DNA of 39,153 nt, taken from a virus. Taxonomy: Duplodnaviria > Heunggongvirae > Uroviricota > Caudoviricetes. Location of the stretch: the IMG/VR virus record IMGVR_UViG_2609459804_000025, one strand, 5' to 3'. The position numbers and the translations under genes are program-made. The notes beneath the pieces were generated by a model that did not search any database, was not told where the DNA came from, and saw only the letters and a list, made by a program, of their open reading frames with translations. Below, piece after piece: positions 1 through 9,693 of the stretch. The first letter of the stretch is position 1. Every line of letters begins with the position of its first letter.

Positions 1-1293
<1,293 letters not shown>

Positions 1294-1313
1294 TACCCAA
1301 TTTTTCTGAATCT

Positions 1314-1338
1314 AAAAAGCGCCTGCGGGCGGTTTTTG
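1314..1338 (+). terminator. putative intrinsic terminator directly after serS (short GC stem flanked by A5 and T5)
   Basis: aaaaagcgcctgcgggcggttttt: 4-5 bp GC stem with A-run before and T-run after; symmetric so could act in both directions. Confidence 0.4.
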
Positions 1339-1412
1339 CATGAGATTAATTAACTGAAAATAAAAGGGATTTATTTTCAGGTGTCCATATAATGTCCATC
1401 TTTGAAACAAAA

Positions 1413-1448
1413 AAGCCCGCAGTTTTTACGCTACGGGCTTTGTTTTTC
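1413..1448 (+). terminator. hairpin plus T-run, terminator-like
   Basis: aagcccg...cgggctt 7-bp perfect stem (loop 14 nt) followed by tgtttttc. Confidence 0.4.
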
Positions 1449-1803
1449 TTTGTGATTTGCGTGTGAGGGTGCTACTTTCGACCGAACCTTTGGCAACCGG
1501 ATAGCGGGGGCTTTCACCCCCGCTGCGGTTTCTTACGGTTTACACTGCAAGAACGCCGCAAATTCTGACCACATGATGTTAAGTCTGAACTCACACGGCG
1601 AACGGTGTATCATCCAGACTGTCAACAACATGGTTAAGCATAAAATGCTCACGATGATCGTTTTTTGCGGCATAGCGCTTGCTCCTTTTTCAAAGAGGCG
1701 CTAACCTTCCACTTGCGAAGGTTAGATGGTTAGGGCCTCGGGTTAAACAAATGTTTGACTCGGGGCCTTTTCACATCCGGCCTTCAGGTAATCCTTCCAG
1801 CCG

Positions 1804-2106
1804 TCAGCCGAAAGGCACCCGCGCGTAATGTACAGTTTTTGACTGGGAGGCGCAATCGCCCAGGGGGAGGCTGAGTTGATCCCTTCCCCGGTGGCATGAT
1901 TTGAAAGCGTCTGCGGGGACGACTCCCCGTTCTTCGGTGGGTTGCGGACGGCATACGGTTCTCACGACAAACTCGTGCGTCACAAAGGTGGCGCTGCATT
2001 CAATGTTGTTGCACTGGTAATATTTCTCCCTGATTGTTCCTGTATCGTTGGCGTCGCGGCTTGTTCTGGTGCGGGTACTTGCTCCGCAGTATGGGCAAGG
2101 ATGCAT
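1804..2106 (-). CDS. ogr: Ogr-type zinc-finger late transcription activator
   Basis: N-terminus MHPCPYCG...TSR...KYYQCNNIECSATF resembles P2 Ogr (Cys-x2-Cys ... Cys-x4-Cys); located just downstream of D on the same strand as in P2. The C-terminal third is longer than in P2 Ogr and not recognisable. Confidence 0.8.
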   Translation of the reverse strand: MHPCPYCGASTRTRTSRDANDTGTIREKYYQCNNIECSATFVTHEFVVRTVCRPQPTEERGVVPADAFKSCHRGRDQLSLPLGDCASQSKTVHYARVPFG

Positions 2107-2147
2107 GATGGTCCCCCTGGCTGAAACGGGGTGGGCTCGCGCTCATT

Positions 2148-3293
2148 CTAGCCAGTCGTGGCGCGCTCTGCTATCCAGTCTGCGATTTTTGCTTCCAGCT
2201 CCAGTCTGGTGGTGAAGCCGCTGTCGTCGATGACGTGCTCAATGCGCGAAATAATCCAGTCCTGATTGTCAATGTCGCTCTTGAACCCGGATACCGTGCC
2301 GTGCATCTCCGGATACAGGTCGGCGCGTCCGCGCGCCAGCGTGATGCTGAATTCTGCTGCACCCCGCTGAAGTTGCTGCCAGCGTGCGGCAGCTGCGCGA
2401 CGCGCGGCTTCTTCGTTCGGGTAGGTTTTTCTCAGCACATACACATTGCCTTCTGCGCCTTCCATGTATCCACCCTCCCGTGAACTGCTTTTCTCCGGCT
2501 TCTGTGTGGTTTTCGCGTTTCGCTTTTTCACGTTCACGGCCTTCTTCTGGCCGAACTTTAAATCCAGCCAGTAAGCTTTCACTCCGGTATAGGCTTTTCT
2601 GTCAGCAATGCGAAAGCGATGACTGTCGCCATCCGAGCGGGTCAGGGCGAATGAGGGGAGGGCGCGCCCGCTGGCTGTCACACCGCCACCCGGCAGAATG
2701 AACAGCAGGCACCCGTTTTTTACGGTGGTTATTGCACCCAGCATGTCAGCCATACGCGTGAGGAACGAGATGTCGCTTTCCTCTGTCTGGTCTGCATGGT
2801 CGATTTCGATATTCATCAGCATTTCGCTGATTTGTGCTTTCAGTCCGTAACGGTGCGCGATGGCAGATACCACACGCTCAACGGTCACGTCATGCCAGGA
2901 GACTTCGCGTTTCACGTTAAACTCTTCGCGAAAATCCGCACTGTTCGCGGATATGGTCAGCTTATCCGGCGGACCTTCGTGGCTCACTTCGTCCACCACA
3001 AACGCCCCCTTGCGAGTGAGGCTTTCACCTTTCCATCCCATCGCCAGCGATAATCGTGTTCCGCGCTCCGGAAGTACCACCCCGCCGTCGGCGTCGTCGA
3101 TTTCCAGTGTCACCCTGTCAGCCTCAAAACCCCTGTTGTCTGTCATGGTCAGGCTCATGATGCGCTGCGTGATGTTCTTCAGGCTGGCATCTTTCCCTTC
3201 CAGTGTGATAGTGAAGTCTGGCACCCTAACGGTATCTTCCGCTGCATCCAGTGCGCTGTTGATGTGATGTGTTACTGATTCAGTGATGCTCAT
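2148..3293 (-). CDS. D: phage tail protein D (late control gene D)
   Basis: 381 aa; strong similarity along the whole length to P2 gpD as recalled (LTDNRGFEAD, SWHD, FLTR, KLLF, ITRSDGD, GEYMAGE, RGxAEFSI, SGFK, DQDW, FTT.LELE). Confidence 0.93.
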   Translation of the reverse strand: MSITESVTHHINSALDAAEDTVRVPDFTITLEGKDASLKNITQRIMSLTMTDNRGFEADRVTLEIDDADGGVVLPERGTRLSLAMGWKGESLTRKGAFVVDEVSHEGPPDKLTISANSADFREEFNVKREVSWHDVTVERVVSAIAHRYGLKAQISEMLMNIEIDHADQTEESDISFLTRMADMLGAITTVKNGCLLFILPGGGVTASGRALPSFALTRSDGDSHRFRIADRKAYTGVKAYWLDLKFGQKKAVNVKKRNAKTTQKPEKSSSREGGYMEGAEGNVYVLRKTYPNEEAARRAAAARWQQLQRGAAEFSITLARGRADLYPEMHGTVSGFKSDIDNQDWIISRIEHVIDDSGFTTRLELEAKIADWIAERATTG

Positions 3294-3353
3294 GATATCC
3301 CTCCCGTGTGCGTATCATCCCACGCGTACCTTGTCGTTTCTGTCCGGCTCTGT

Positions 3354-3371
3354 TGTAAAAAAATCCCCACA
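3354..3371. promoter_or_regulatory. TGT-N12-ACA dyad (Ogr/Delta-type late-promoter activator site) between D and FI
   Basis: tgt aaaaaaatcccc aca read directly; centre is about 55 bp upstream of a plausible FI transcription start near 3417, matching the P2 late-promoter architecture. The site is palindromic and also lies about 70 bp upstream of the D start codon on the opposite strand. Confidence 0.45.
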
Positions 3372-3434
3372 GCCCGCATCAGGTGAGGGCTGTGCGCCAA
3401 TGGTGGATTATTCAGGCGAGCATAAACACAACTG

Positions 3435-4640
3435 ATGGTGAATCGTATGGCTGAAAAACGATTTCACGGTGTGCGCGTCACGGAGAATACCGACCTTGTG
3501 ACGGCCATTAATGACGTTGATTCCAGCGTCATTGGTATTGTTGCCGTTGCAGATGATGCGGATACCGGGCAGTTCCCCCTTAACAAGCCTGTGCTGATTA
3601 CCCGTGTATCTTCTGTTCTGGGGAAGGCCGGGAAAGCGGGCACGCTTTATAAGGCCCTTAAAGCGATATCTGACCAGGTCAGTACACGGGTGATTGTCGT
3701 TCGCGTGGAGGCGGCAAAAGAGGGGGCTGAGAATAAAACACAGGATCAACTGGTCATTGGTACCACGGAAGAAGACGGAAGCTACAGCGGTATGCAGGCG
3801 CTTCTGGTTGCCGAACAGATGGAAGGTATTGGTTACCGACCCCGCATTCTTGCCGCTCCGGGCCTTGAATCGGATGCTGTCACGGCTGCACTGGTGACTG
3901 TTGCCGGAAAAATGCGCGCATTTGCGTATTCCGGCTGCCCTGGCTGCACAAAACCGTCCGATGCTATTGCGTTCCGTAAAAAGATTTCCGGTCGCGAAAT
4001 CATGCTTCTGTGGCCTGATTTCATTGCGTTCAACCCGGTGTCCGGTAAAAACGAAACCTTCCCGGCTGCGGCGTATGCGTGCGGTCTTCGTGCCCGACTC
4101 GACCATGAACAGGGCTGGCATCGCTCCCTTTCTAACATGCCTGTGAAAAATGTTCTTGGGGTGTCAGCGTCTGTTTCCTGGTCACTTCAGGATGAAAACA
4201 GCGATGCCAACACGCTGAACAATAGCGAGGTGACCACTCTTATTCACCAGGGCGACGGCTCCTTCCGTTTCTGGGGTAACCGTACGCCGGAAACTGCGGA
4301 GTACATCTTTGAGGTGTACACACGTACGGCGCAGCAACTGGCTGACACCATTGCGGAGGCGCAACTTCAGATAGTGGATTCACCGCTTACGCCTGCCAAT
4401 GCTAAGGATGCCGTGAGCGCTATCAAGGCAAAGCTGGATGCACTGGTGACAGCCGGAAAACTCATCGGGGCTGAGTGCTGGTTCGATATCATCGACAACG
4501 GCACAACCAGTCTTCGTCAGGGCATTGTGCGTATTCGCTACAAATACACGCCTGTTCCGCCGATGGAGTGTATGGAACTCTATCAGACGTTTACCGACGA
4601 GTTCTTTGGCTCTGCTTTTGCATCTCTTGGAGGTAGCTAA
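3435..4640 (+). CDS. FI: contractile tail sheath protein FI
   Basis: 401 aa; close match to P2 gpFI as recalled (FPLNKPVLIT, GTTEEDG.Y.G, ILAAPGL, KMRAF, WPDF, DHEQGWH, WGNRT, YTRTAQ, YTPVPP). Alternative start ATG at 3447. Confidence 0.93.
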   Translation: MVNRMAEKRFHGVRVTENTDLVTAINDVDSSVIGIVAVADDADTGQFPLNKPVLITRVSSVLGKAGKAGTLYKALKAISDQVSTRVIVVRVEAAKEGAENKTQDQLVIGTTEEDGSYSGMQALLVAEQMEGIGYRPRILAAPGLESDAVTAALVTVAGKMRAFAYSGCPGCTKPSDAIAFRKKISGREIMLLWPDFIAFNPVSGKNETFPAAAYACGLRARLDHEQGWHRSLSNMPVKNVLGVSASVSWSLQDENSDANTLNNSEVTTLIHQGDGSFRFWGNRTPETAEYIFEVYTRTAQQLADTIAEAQLQIVDSPLTPANAKDAVSAIKAKLDALVTAGKLIGAECWFDIIDNGTTSLRQGIVRIRYKYTPVPPMECMELYQTFTDEFFGSAFASLGGS

Positions 4641-5152
4641 TGGCCGTACCAAAAAAACTTCGTGTGTTTACCGTCTTTGTGGACGGTGACAACAAGCTGG
4701 GCAAGGTGGCGTCTTTTACCCCGCCAAAACTGACCCGTAAAACAGAGTCGTATCGCGGGGCGGGGATGCCAGGCTCTGCGTCGGTGGATCTCGGTCTTGA
4801 TGATGGTGCACTGGATCTCTCCTTTGCGGTTGGTGGCGTCGATCGTCACATCTTTGCCAAATACGCCGCCGGTATTGATGCCGTGCGTGTTCGCTTCTCG
4901 GGTGAATACTATTCCGAAGAAGGGATTGAGTACGTCGATATTGAAGCCCGTGGTCGCATTGTCGAAATCGACAAGGGCGAGGCCAAACAGGGTGAAGATA
5001 CCGAACATACCTATGCGATGAAATGCACCTGGTACAAGCTCAGCGTTGATAACAGCGATGTTATTGAAATCGACGTGCTGAACTTCATCTGGCGCATTGA
5101 TGGTAAGGATGTTCTTCCTGACCGCACCCGCTCCATGCTGGGGCTTGGCTGA
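4640..5152 (+). CDS. FII: tail tube protein FII
   Basis: 170 aa; P2 gpFII-like (PPKLTRK.E.YRGAGM.GSA.VDLGLDD, GEAKQGEDTE); start overlaps FI stop (TAATG) with ggagg SD upstream. Confidence 0.93.
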   Translation: MAVPKKLRVFTVFVDGDNKLGKVASFTPPKLTRKTESYRGAGMPGSASVDLGLDDGALDLSFAVGGVDRHIFAKYAAGIDAVRVRFSGEYYSEEGIEYVDIEARGRIVEIDKGEAKQGEDTEHTYAMKCTWYKLSVDNSDVIEIDVLNFIWRIDGKDVLPDRTRSMLGLG

Positions 5153-5203
5153 TAGTTAAATCTGATAACAGGGGCGGCGTCCTGTTGCCCCGGGAGAAAA
5201 ATA

Positions 5204-5584
5204 ATGGATCAGACTGAAGAAAATATCGTGACGAATGACACAGATGCTGTGACGAATGGCGACACGGAAAACGCAGAGGCGATCGCAAATGACACGGTTA
5301 ATCTCAGGGTTCCTGTTGTCTGCGGTAATAAGACGGTTTCCAGCGTGAAGATTGGGGCGCTTGCGCGTCAGGTGGGCTCGCTTCGAGGGATCCGCATGAC
5401 GGACCTGTTCAACACCGATGTTGATGCTGCCGCCATTTTTCTGGAACGCGTAACTGAACCTCACCTCAGCCGCGCGGCACTTATGTCAATGTGCCCGGAA
5501 GACTTCTTTAAACTGTACGAGGTGGCAGTCGGTTTTTTGCTTCCCTCGTCAGCGAAGAAGGCGCAGGAGGCGGGCGGCGCGTAA
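5204..5584 (+). CDS. E: tail assembly chaperone E
   Basis: 126-aa ORF between FII and T, the conserved position of P2 gpE; contains the T6G slippery site near its 3' end. Confidence 0.8.
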   Translation: MDQTEENIVTNDTDAVTNGDTENAEAIANDTVNLRVPVVCGNKTVSSVKIGALARQVGSLRGIRMTDLFNTDVDAAAIFLERVTEPHLSRAALMSMCPEDFFKLYEVAVGFLLPSSAKKAQEAGGA

Positions 5585-5739
5585 CGCTTCTTGCTTTTGA
5601 TTACGTTGAAGATATTGTCGCTGATATAGCCGTTGTATTTCACTGGTCGCCCTCTGAAATCTTTGTGATGACTCCCGGTGAACTGGTTGCCTGGCGAGAA
5701 CGGGCGGCCGTCAGAACCGGGAATCATAACGATGAGTAA
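5204..5739 (+). CDS. E+E' extended chaperone made by programmed -1 ribosomal frameshift (slip at T6G, 5533-5539)
   Basis: Slippery heptamer ggTTTTTTG read at 5531-5539; the -1 frame downstream is open for 67 codons to TAA at 5737-5739 with no start codon of its own, encodes ...DYVEDIVADIAVVFHWSPSEIFVMTPGELVAWRERAAVRTGNHNDE, and ends 5 nt inside the T start codon region, as for P2 E'. Confidence 0.6.
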
Positions 5740-8563
5740 TAATCTCCAGATACGTGTAGCCCTTACTGCGGTCGACCGTCTCACTCAACCCGTCAGGCGC
5801 GCCCGGGAAATGACCGGCGCGCTTTCCGAATCTCTTTCCTCCACGCAGAACGCTCTTAAGTCACTCCAGCGAAGCAGTGATGCGTTTTCCCGTGCCCGCC
5901 AGCAGGTGACCTCGACTGAAAACAGTCTGAACGAGGCGCGTGCGCGACTTCAGCGCCTCCAGGAGGCCCAGCGTACAGGCACAACACTAACGGAAAAACA
6001 GCAGGAAGCTATACGCTCGCTGACTGTGAAGATTGATCGCCTTAATACGGTTTATTCCCTCCACAAATCCCGACTTAGCGAAGCCAGTCGCGAACTGGAA
6101 TCTCACGGTATACGGGCGGACGGAAGTAACCGTGCGGTCGAGAGGGCAATCAGGCGGACGCAGGAATACAACGATCAGCTCGAACGCCAGCGGGGCCAGC
6201 TTGCACGCGTCACGCAGGCGCAGCAACGCTATGACCGTGTTCAGGATATTGCCGGTAAGCTCAGTCAGCGCGGTGCTGTTGCCATGGCGGCTGGCAGTGC
6301 CGGTCTGTATGCTGCCGGTCGCGCGGTTGCACCTGTTGTTGAAGAGCAACGGCAGGGTGCGCTCATTGCGGCACAGAGTGGCGGCAGCGCAGAAGACGGC
6401 CAGCGCTACAGCCGTATGATTCAGAGCATCCGTGCGTCAGGTGCGGCCACGGATATCGCGATGATTTCGGAAGCAGCAGCTGCGGCGCAAAGCACGCTTG
6501 GCGCACTGGGTACCGTAGGGACTGAAGAACTGGAAAGGGTGACACGGCAGGCAATCGATCTTGCTCAGGTCACCGGCGGTAATGTGGCTGAACAGGTTCA
6601 GGCTGCTGGCATTATGCTGAAAAACGGGCTTGCCGCAAATGCAGGTGAGGCCGTCGACCTGATGGCGGCAGGGATGCAGAAAATGTCTGCCGAAATGCGC
6701 GGCGAACTTCCTGAAATTCTGCATGAGTATTCCACGCATTTCCGCAATATGGGGCTATCCGGCTCTGAAACCATGACGCTGCTTGTCAGCATGGCGCAGC
6801 AGGGGAAATTCGCCCTGGATAAAACCGGCGATGCTGTCAAAGAATTCAGTATTCGCGGCTCGGATATGTCCAAATCCAGCGTTGAAGCCTATGAGCTGAT
6901 TGGCCTTAACGCTGAAAGAATGTCGTCAGCGATCGCCAGTGGCGGCGCGGCCGCGCGTGAAGCGATGCGTCGCACCGCGTCAGGTCTGTTACAGATTCAG
7001 GATCCTGCAGAACGGGCCAATGCGGCGATAGCGCTGTTCGGCACACCCATTGAAGATCTGGCTGTTGACCAGATCCCGGATTTTCTCCGGTCGCTTGCAA
7101 CGGTATCTGACCGTATGGGGCTGGTTCAGGGAACCGCCCGGCGAATGGGGGATGTTCTGCGTGACAACCTCGGCGGCGACACCGATCGTCTGTCCGGCAT
7201 TTTCTCCGGTATTCGCAGTGATGTTGTGTCGCTGGTTACTGATGATATCCGCGAGCTTGTACAGGCTGTTGCTTCTGTGGGTGAACGCTTCAGGTCGTGG
7301 GTTCAGGAAAACCCGCAGCTTGTACGCACGCTGACCCTTACCGTGGGTGGCGTGCTTGCGGCCACAACGGCCATTGGTGCGTTGTCTGTCGGAGGTGGGT
7401 TACTGACGGGGATTTTTGCAAAACTTCAGCTTGGCTCTGCGCTTCTTGGTGGCGGGCTATCCTCGCTTACAAACGGTGTTGGTGGTCTTGCTCTTCGCCT
7501 GTCCGGCCTTCCGGCACTGTGGGGGATGGTCTCCGGTGCGGTTTCTGTGCTGGGCGGGGTGCTTTCCGGTCTTCTCAGTCCTGTTGGTCTCGTGATTGCT
7601 GCTCTTGCCGGTGGGGCGCTGCTCATATGGCGTCACTGGGAACAGGTTAAGGCGTTCATGCTCGGCACATTCCGGTCGCTGTGGGCTGGCCTTGCGCCTG
7701 TTCGTGAAAGTATTGCTCAGTTTGCGCCGTTGTTTGATCTGGTGTCGGGTGCGGTGTCCACGGTGTTTGACTGGTTTACCCGGTTACTCACGCCTGTTCA
7801 GGCCAGCAACGAATCTCTTGAACGGTGTACGTCTGCGGGAGAAAGCTTCGGTCGTGTACTTAGTGGGGCGATATCGCTTGCGCTTACGCCGCTGAAGGCG
7901 CTGATGGATGGACTTGCCTGGGTACTGGAAAAGCTTGGCGTGCTGCCTGATGAAGCTGAAAGGGCGCGCCGGAAACTGGAGGATGCACAGCGGGCTTCGC
8001 TTCTTCAGGGCAAGCTCTCCCTGCTTCAGGGGGATGTTAATGCCATTATCTCGCCCGCTAAGCCAGTTGATGGCAATGATAAAGGTAATAATGGTGGCAA
8101 GCCTTCTGTCATAAACGACGGCACCAGTGGCGTTCTTCGCAGGCTCAAAGGTATCGAGGGTAATACGTCGGGTATGCTTCAGGAAGCCCGCAAGCGTATC
8201 GGTCCTGGCGATATCGTGTTTAAAAATCTCCCCCGTGCGCTGGCTGTTCGCGGGCAGTGGAATGAACCGACTGTTGCACCCGGGCTTCCGCTTATGCCAG
8301 CGTTTTCGCCTGTGTCTCCGGCGGTTTCCCCGGATTCTTCCCGTCCTGTGGAGGTTAAGCGGTGGGATCCGGTGTCCCCGACACCCCGGGGGCCTTCGCG
8401 CTCTCCTGAACCGCCGCCTGTGTACGGTGGTGATATTCATGTTCACCTTCACAACGTGGTTACGCAGAACCCTCGCGACCTTGCCAGAATGGTGGGGGAG
8501 GCGGTACGGGAAGAAATTCGCAGACAATCCGGCGGTATGAACAGTTTCCGCGATCGTGATTAG
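5732..8563 (+). CDS. T: tail tape measure protein T
   Basis: About 943 aa from ATG 5732 (the track start at 5678 is GTG); coiled-coil N-terminus, Gly/Ala-rich hydrophobic middle, position between E/E' and U; typical tape-measure composition. Confidence 0.9.
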   Translation: MSNNLQIRVALTAVDRLTQPVRRAREMTGALSESLSSTQNALKSLQRSSDAFSRARQQVTSTENSLNEARARLQRLQEAQRTGTTLTEKQQEAIRSLTVKIDRLNTVYSLHKSRLSEASRELESHGIRADGSNRAVERAIRRTQEYNDQLERQRGQLARVTQAQQRYDRVQDIAGKLSQRGAVAMAAGSAGLYAAGRAVAPVVEEQRQGALIAAQSGGSAEDGQRYSRMIQSIRASGAATDIAMISEAAAAAQSTLGALGTVGTEELERVTRQAIDLAQVTGGNVAEQVQAAGIMLKNGLAANAGEAVDLMAAGMQKMSAEMRGELPEILHEYSTHFRNMGLSGSETMTLLVSMAQQGKFALDKTGDAVKEFSIRGSDMSKSSVEAYELIGLNAERMSSAIASGGAAAREAMRRTASGLLQIQDPAERANAAIALFGTPIEDLAVDQIPDFLRSLATVSDRMGLVQGTARRMGDVLRDNLGGDTDRLSGIFSGIRSDVVSLVTDDIRELVQAVASVGERFRSWVQENPQLVRTLTLTVGGVLAATTAIGALSVGGGLLTGIFAKLQLGSALLGGGLSSLTNGVGGLALRLSGLPALWGMVSGAVSVLGGVLSGLLSPVGLVIAALAGGALLIWRHWEQVKAFMLGTFRSLWAGLAPVRESIAQFAPLFDLVSGAVSTVFDWFTRLLTPVQASNESLERCTSAGESFGRVLSGAISLALTPLKALMDGLAWVLEKLGVLPDEAERARRKLEDAQRASLLQGKLSLLQGDVNAIISPAKPVDGNDKGNNGGKPSVINDGTSGVLRRLKGIEGNTSGMLQEARKRIGPGDIVFKNLPRALAVRGQWNEPTVAPGLPLMPAFSPVSPAVSPDSSRPVEVKRWDPVSPTPRGPSRSPEPPPVYGGDIHVHLHNVVTQNPRDLARMVGEAVREEIRRQSGGMNSFRDRD

Positions 8564-8574
8564 GAGTGATGGTT

Positions 8575-9039
8575 ATGATGATGATTTACGGCATGTTTGT
8601 TTTTCAGTTAAGCACACTGCCACACCAACAAATACAACAGTCCCGTAACTGGAGGCATGTAAAGAACGAGCGAATCAACCGCTCAGCCAGCTGGCAGTAT
8701 ATCGGCGCGGGTGACGATACCATCACGCTTTCGGGTTTGCTCTACCCGGAAATTACGGGCGGTGAAGTCTCCCTGACCGCACTGACCAGCCAGGCTTACG
8801 TCGGGCGACCATGGCCGCTGATTGATGGGGTAGGGCAGATTTACGGGATGTATGTCATTACCGGGCTTAACACCACCCGCTCTGAACTTGATCGCTATGG
8901 TCGGGCAAGAAAGATTGAGTTTACTGTCACTTTTGAGCGTGTGGATGAAGATCTGCGTGAACGTCTTCAGTCCTCGTCGCTTGGTGATCTTGCGAATAAC
9001 GTCAAAGGTGCCCTGAATAATCTGTCCATTCCGGTTTAA
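8575..9039 (+). CDS. U: tail protein U
   Basis: P2 gpU-like (WQY.G.GDD.ITL.G.LYP..TGG..SL, GRPWPLI.G.G.IYGM.VITGL, RHGRAR.IEF.VT..RVDE); SD aggag at 8562-8566. The track start 8566 is GTG; ATGs at 8569-8581. Confidence 0.88.
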   Translation: MMMIYGMFVFQLSTLPHQQIQQSRNWRHVKNERINRSASWQYIGAGDDTITLSGLLYPEITGGEVSLTALTSQAYVGRPWPLIDGVGQIYGMYVITGLNTTRSELDRYGRARKIEFTVTFERVDEDLRERLQSSSLGDLANNVKGALNNLSIPV

Positions 9040-9044
9040 ATAAT

Positions 9045-9070
9045 AACGCCCTGGTGTCAGGGCGTTTTTG
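9045..9070. terminator. bidirectional intrinsic terminator between convergent U and tail-fibre-assembly genes
   Basis: aacgccctg-gtgt-cagggcgtt 9-bp perfect stem followed by tttttg on + strand and an A/T-rich tract on the other side. Confidence 0.6.
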
Positions 9071-9074
9071 CTGT

Positions 9075-9683
9075 TCATCTTTCGGTGGCGGGTTCTTCCG
9101 TTGTGGGCCAGCCCACAACGTAACGCTGAATGGCCTCCGCATCCTGAAGTTCTGCAATCTCTTTTTTCATGTTGCGCTGGCGCACATGAATTTCCATTCC
9201 CTTCGCGAACATTGCCTGTTGCGCGGCTTCACTCAGCGCAATCAGTTCTTCCGCAGTCATGGGGACGTCGTTGTTGTCTGCGTCTGTCCAGAAAAACTTC
9301 TCCGGGAGATTGCCTTCTTTTGCTGCGATAACTGATGGGCCAAGGCGATCCTGTGTTTCCTTTCCATAATCCCAGTTACGGCCATTAAAGCTGAAAATAT
9401 AACTGGCTGATTCCATTCTGTTCCGCCAGGCGTTGATCCCGGCGGTTTTGAGTTCTCTGGCTTTTTCCGGGCTGATGGATGGCTGTACATGTTCTGCAAT
9501 TTCACCGGCCTCTCCTTTCTGACAAGCGGCATAAATATCCCGCCCGTATGCTTCGGTATCGCTGGCTGTTGCAGTGAAAGGAACCGCCTGCTCAATGTGC
9601 TCAAACTTCACCATGCAATTGACAGCAGTGTGCTCTTTATCTGCCCATTGCGGATTGCTTATTTTTTCCACATTCATGTTCAT
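9075..9683 (-). CDS. G: tail fibre assembly protein (gpG-like chaperone)
   Basis: About 202 aa from MNMNVEKISNPQW (ATG at 9683-9681, SD aggag 5-6 nt upstream); sits immediately downstream of tail fibre H; typical tail-fibre-assembly-protein size and N-terminal motif. Confidence 0.82.
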   Translation of the reverse strand: MNMNVEKISNPQWADKEHTAVNCMVKFEHIEQAVPFTATASDTEAYGRDIYAACQKGEAGEIAEHVQPSISPEKARELKTAGINAWRNRMESASYIFSFNGRNWDYGKETQDRLGPSVIAAKEGNLPEKFFWTDADNNDVPMTAEELIALSEAAQQAMFAKGMEIHVRQRNMKKEIAELQDAEAIQRYVVGWPTTEEPATER

Positions 9684-9693
9684 CTCCTGTCTG

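Noticed and set aside
1294-1803. tRNA or tmRNA gene as integration target
   Set aside because: No cloverleaf-compatible sequence or CCA-ended acceptor stem was recognisable; the hairpins look like terminators rather than tRNA arms.
7784-8527. 247-aa antisense ORF inside tape-measure gene T (and similar long antisense ORFs at 301-789, 22550-23104, 23348-23818, 29674-30222)
   Set aside because: Each lies entirely within a well-supported gene on the opposite strand; long antisense ORFs are expected in GC-rich coding sequence and the translations are Arg/Pro-rich and featureless.
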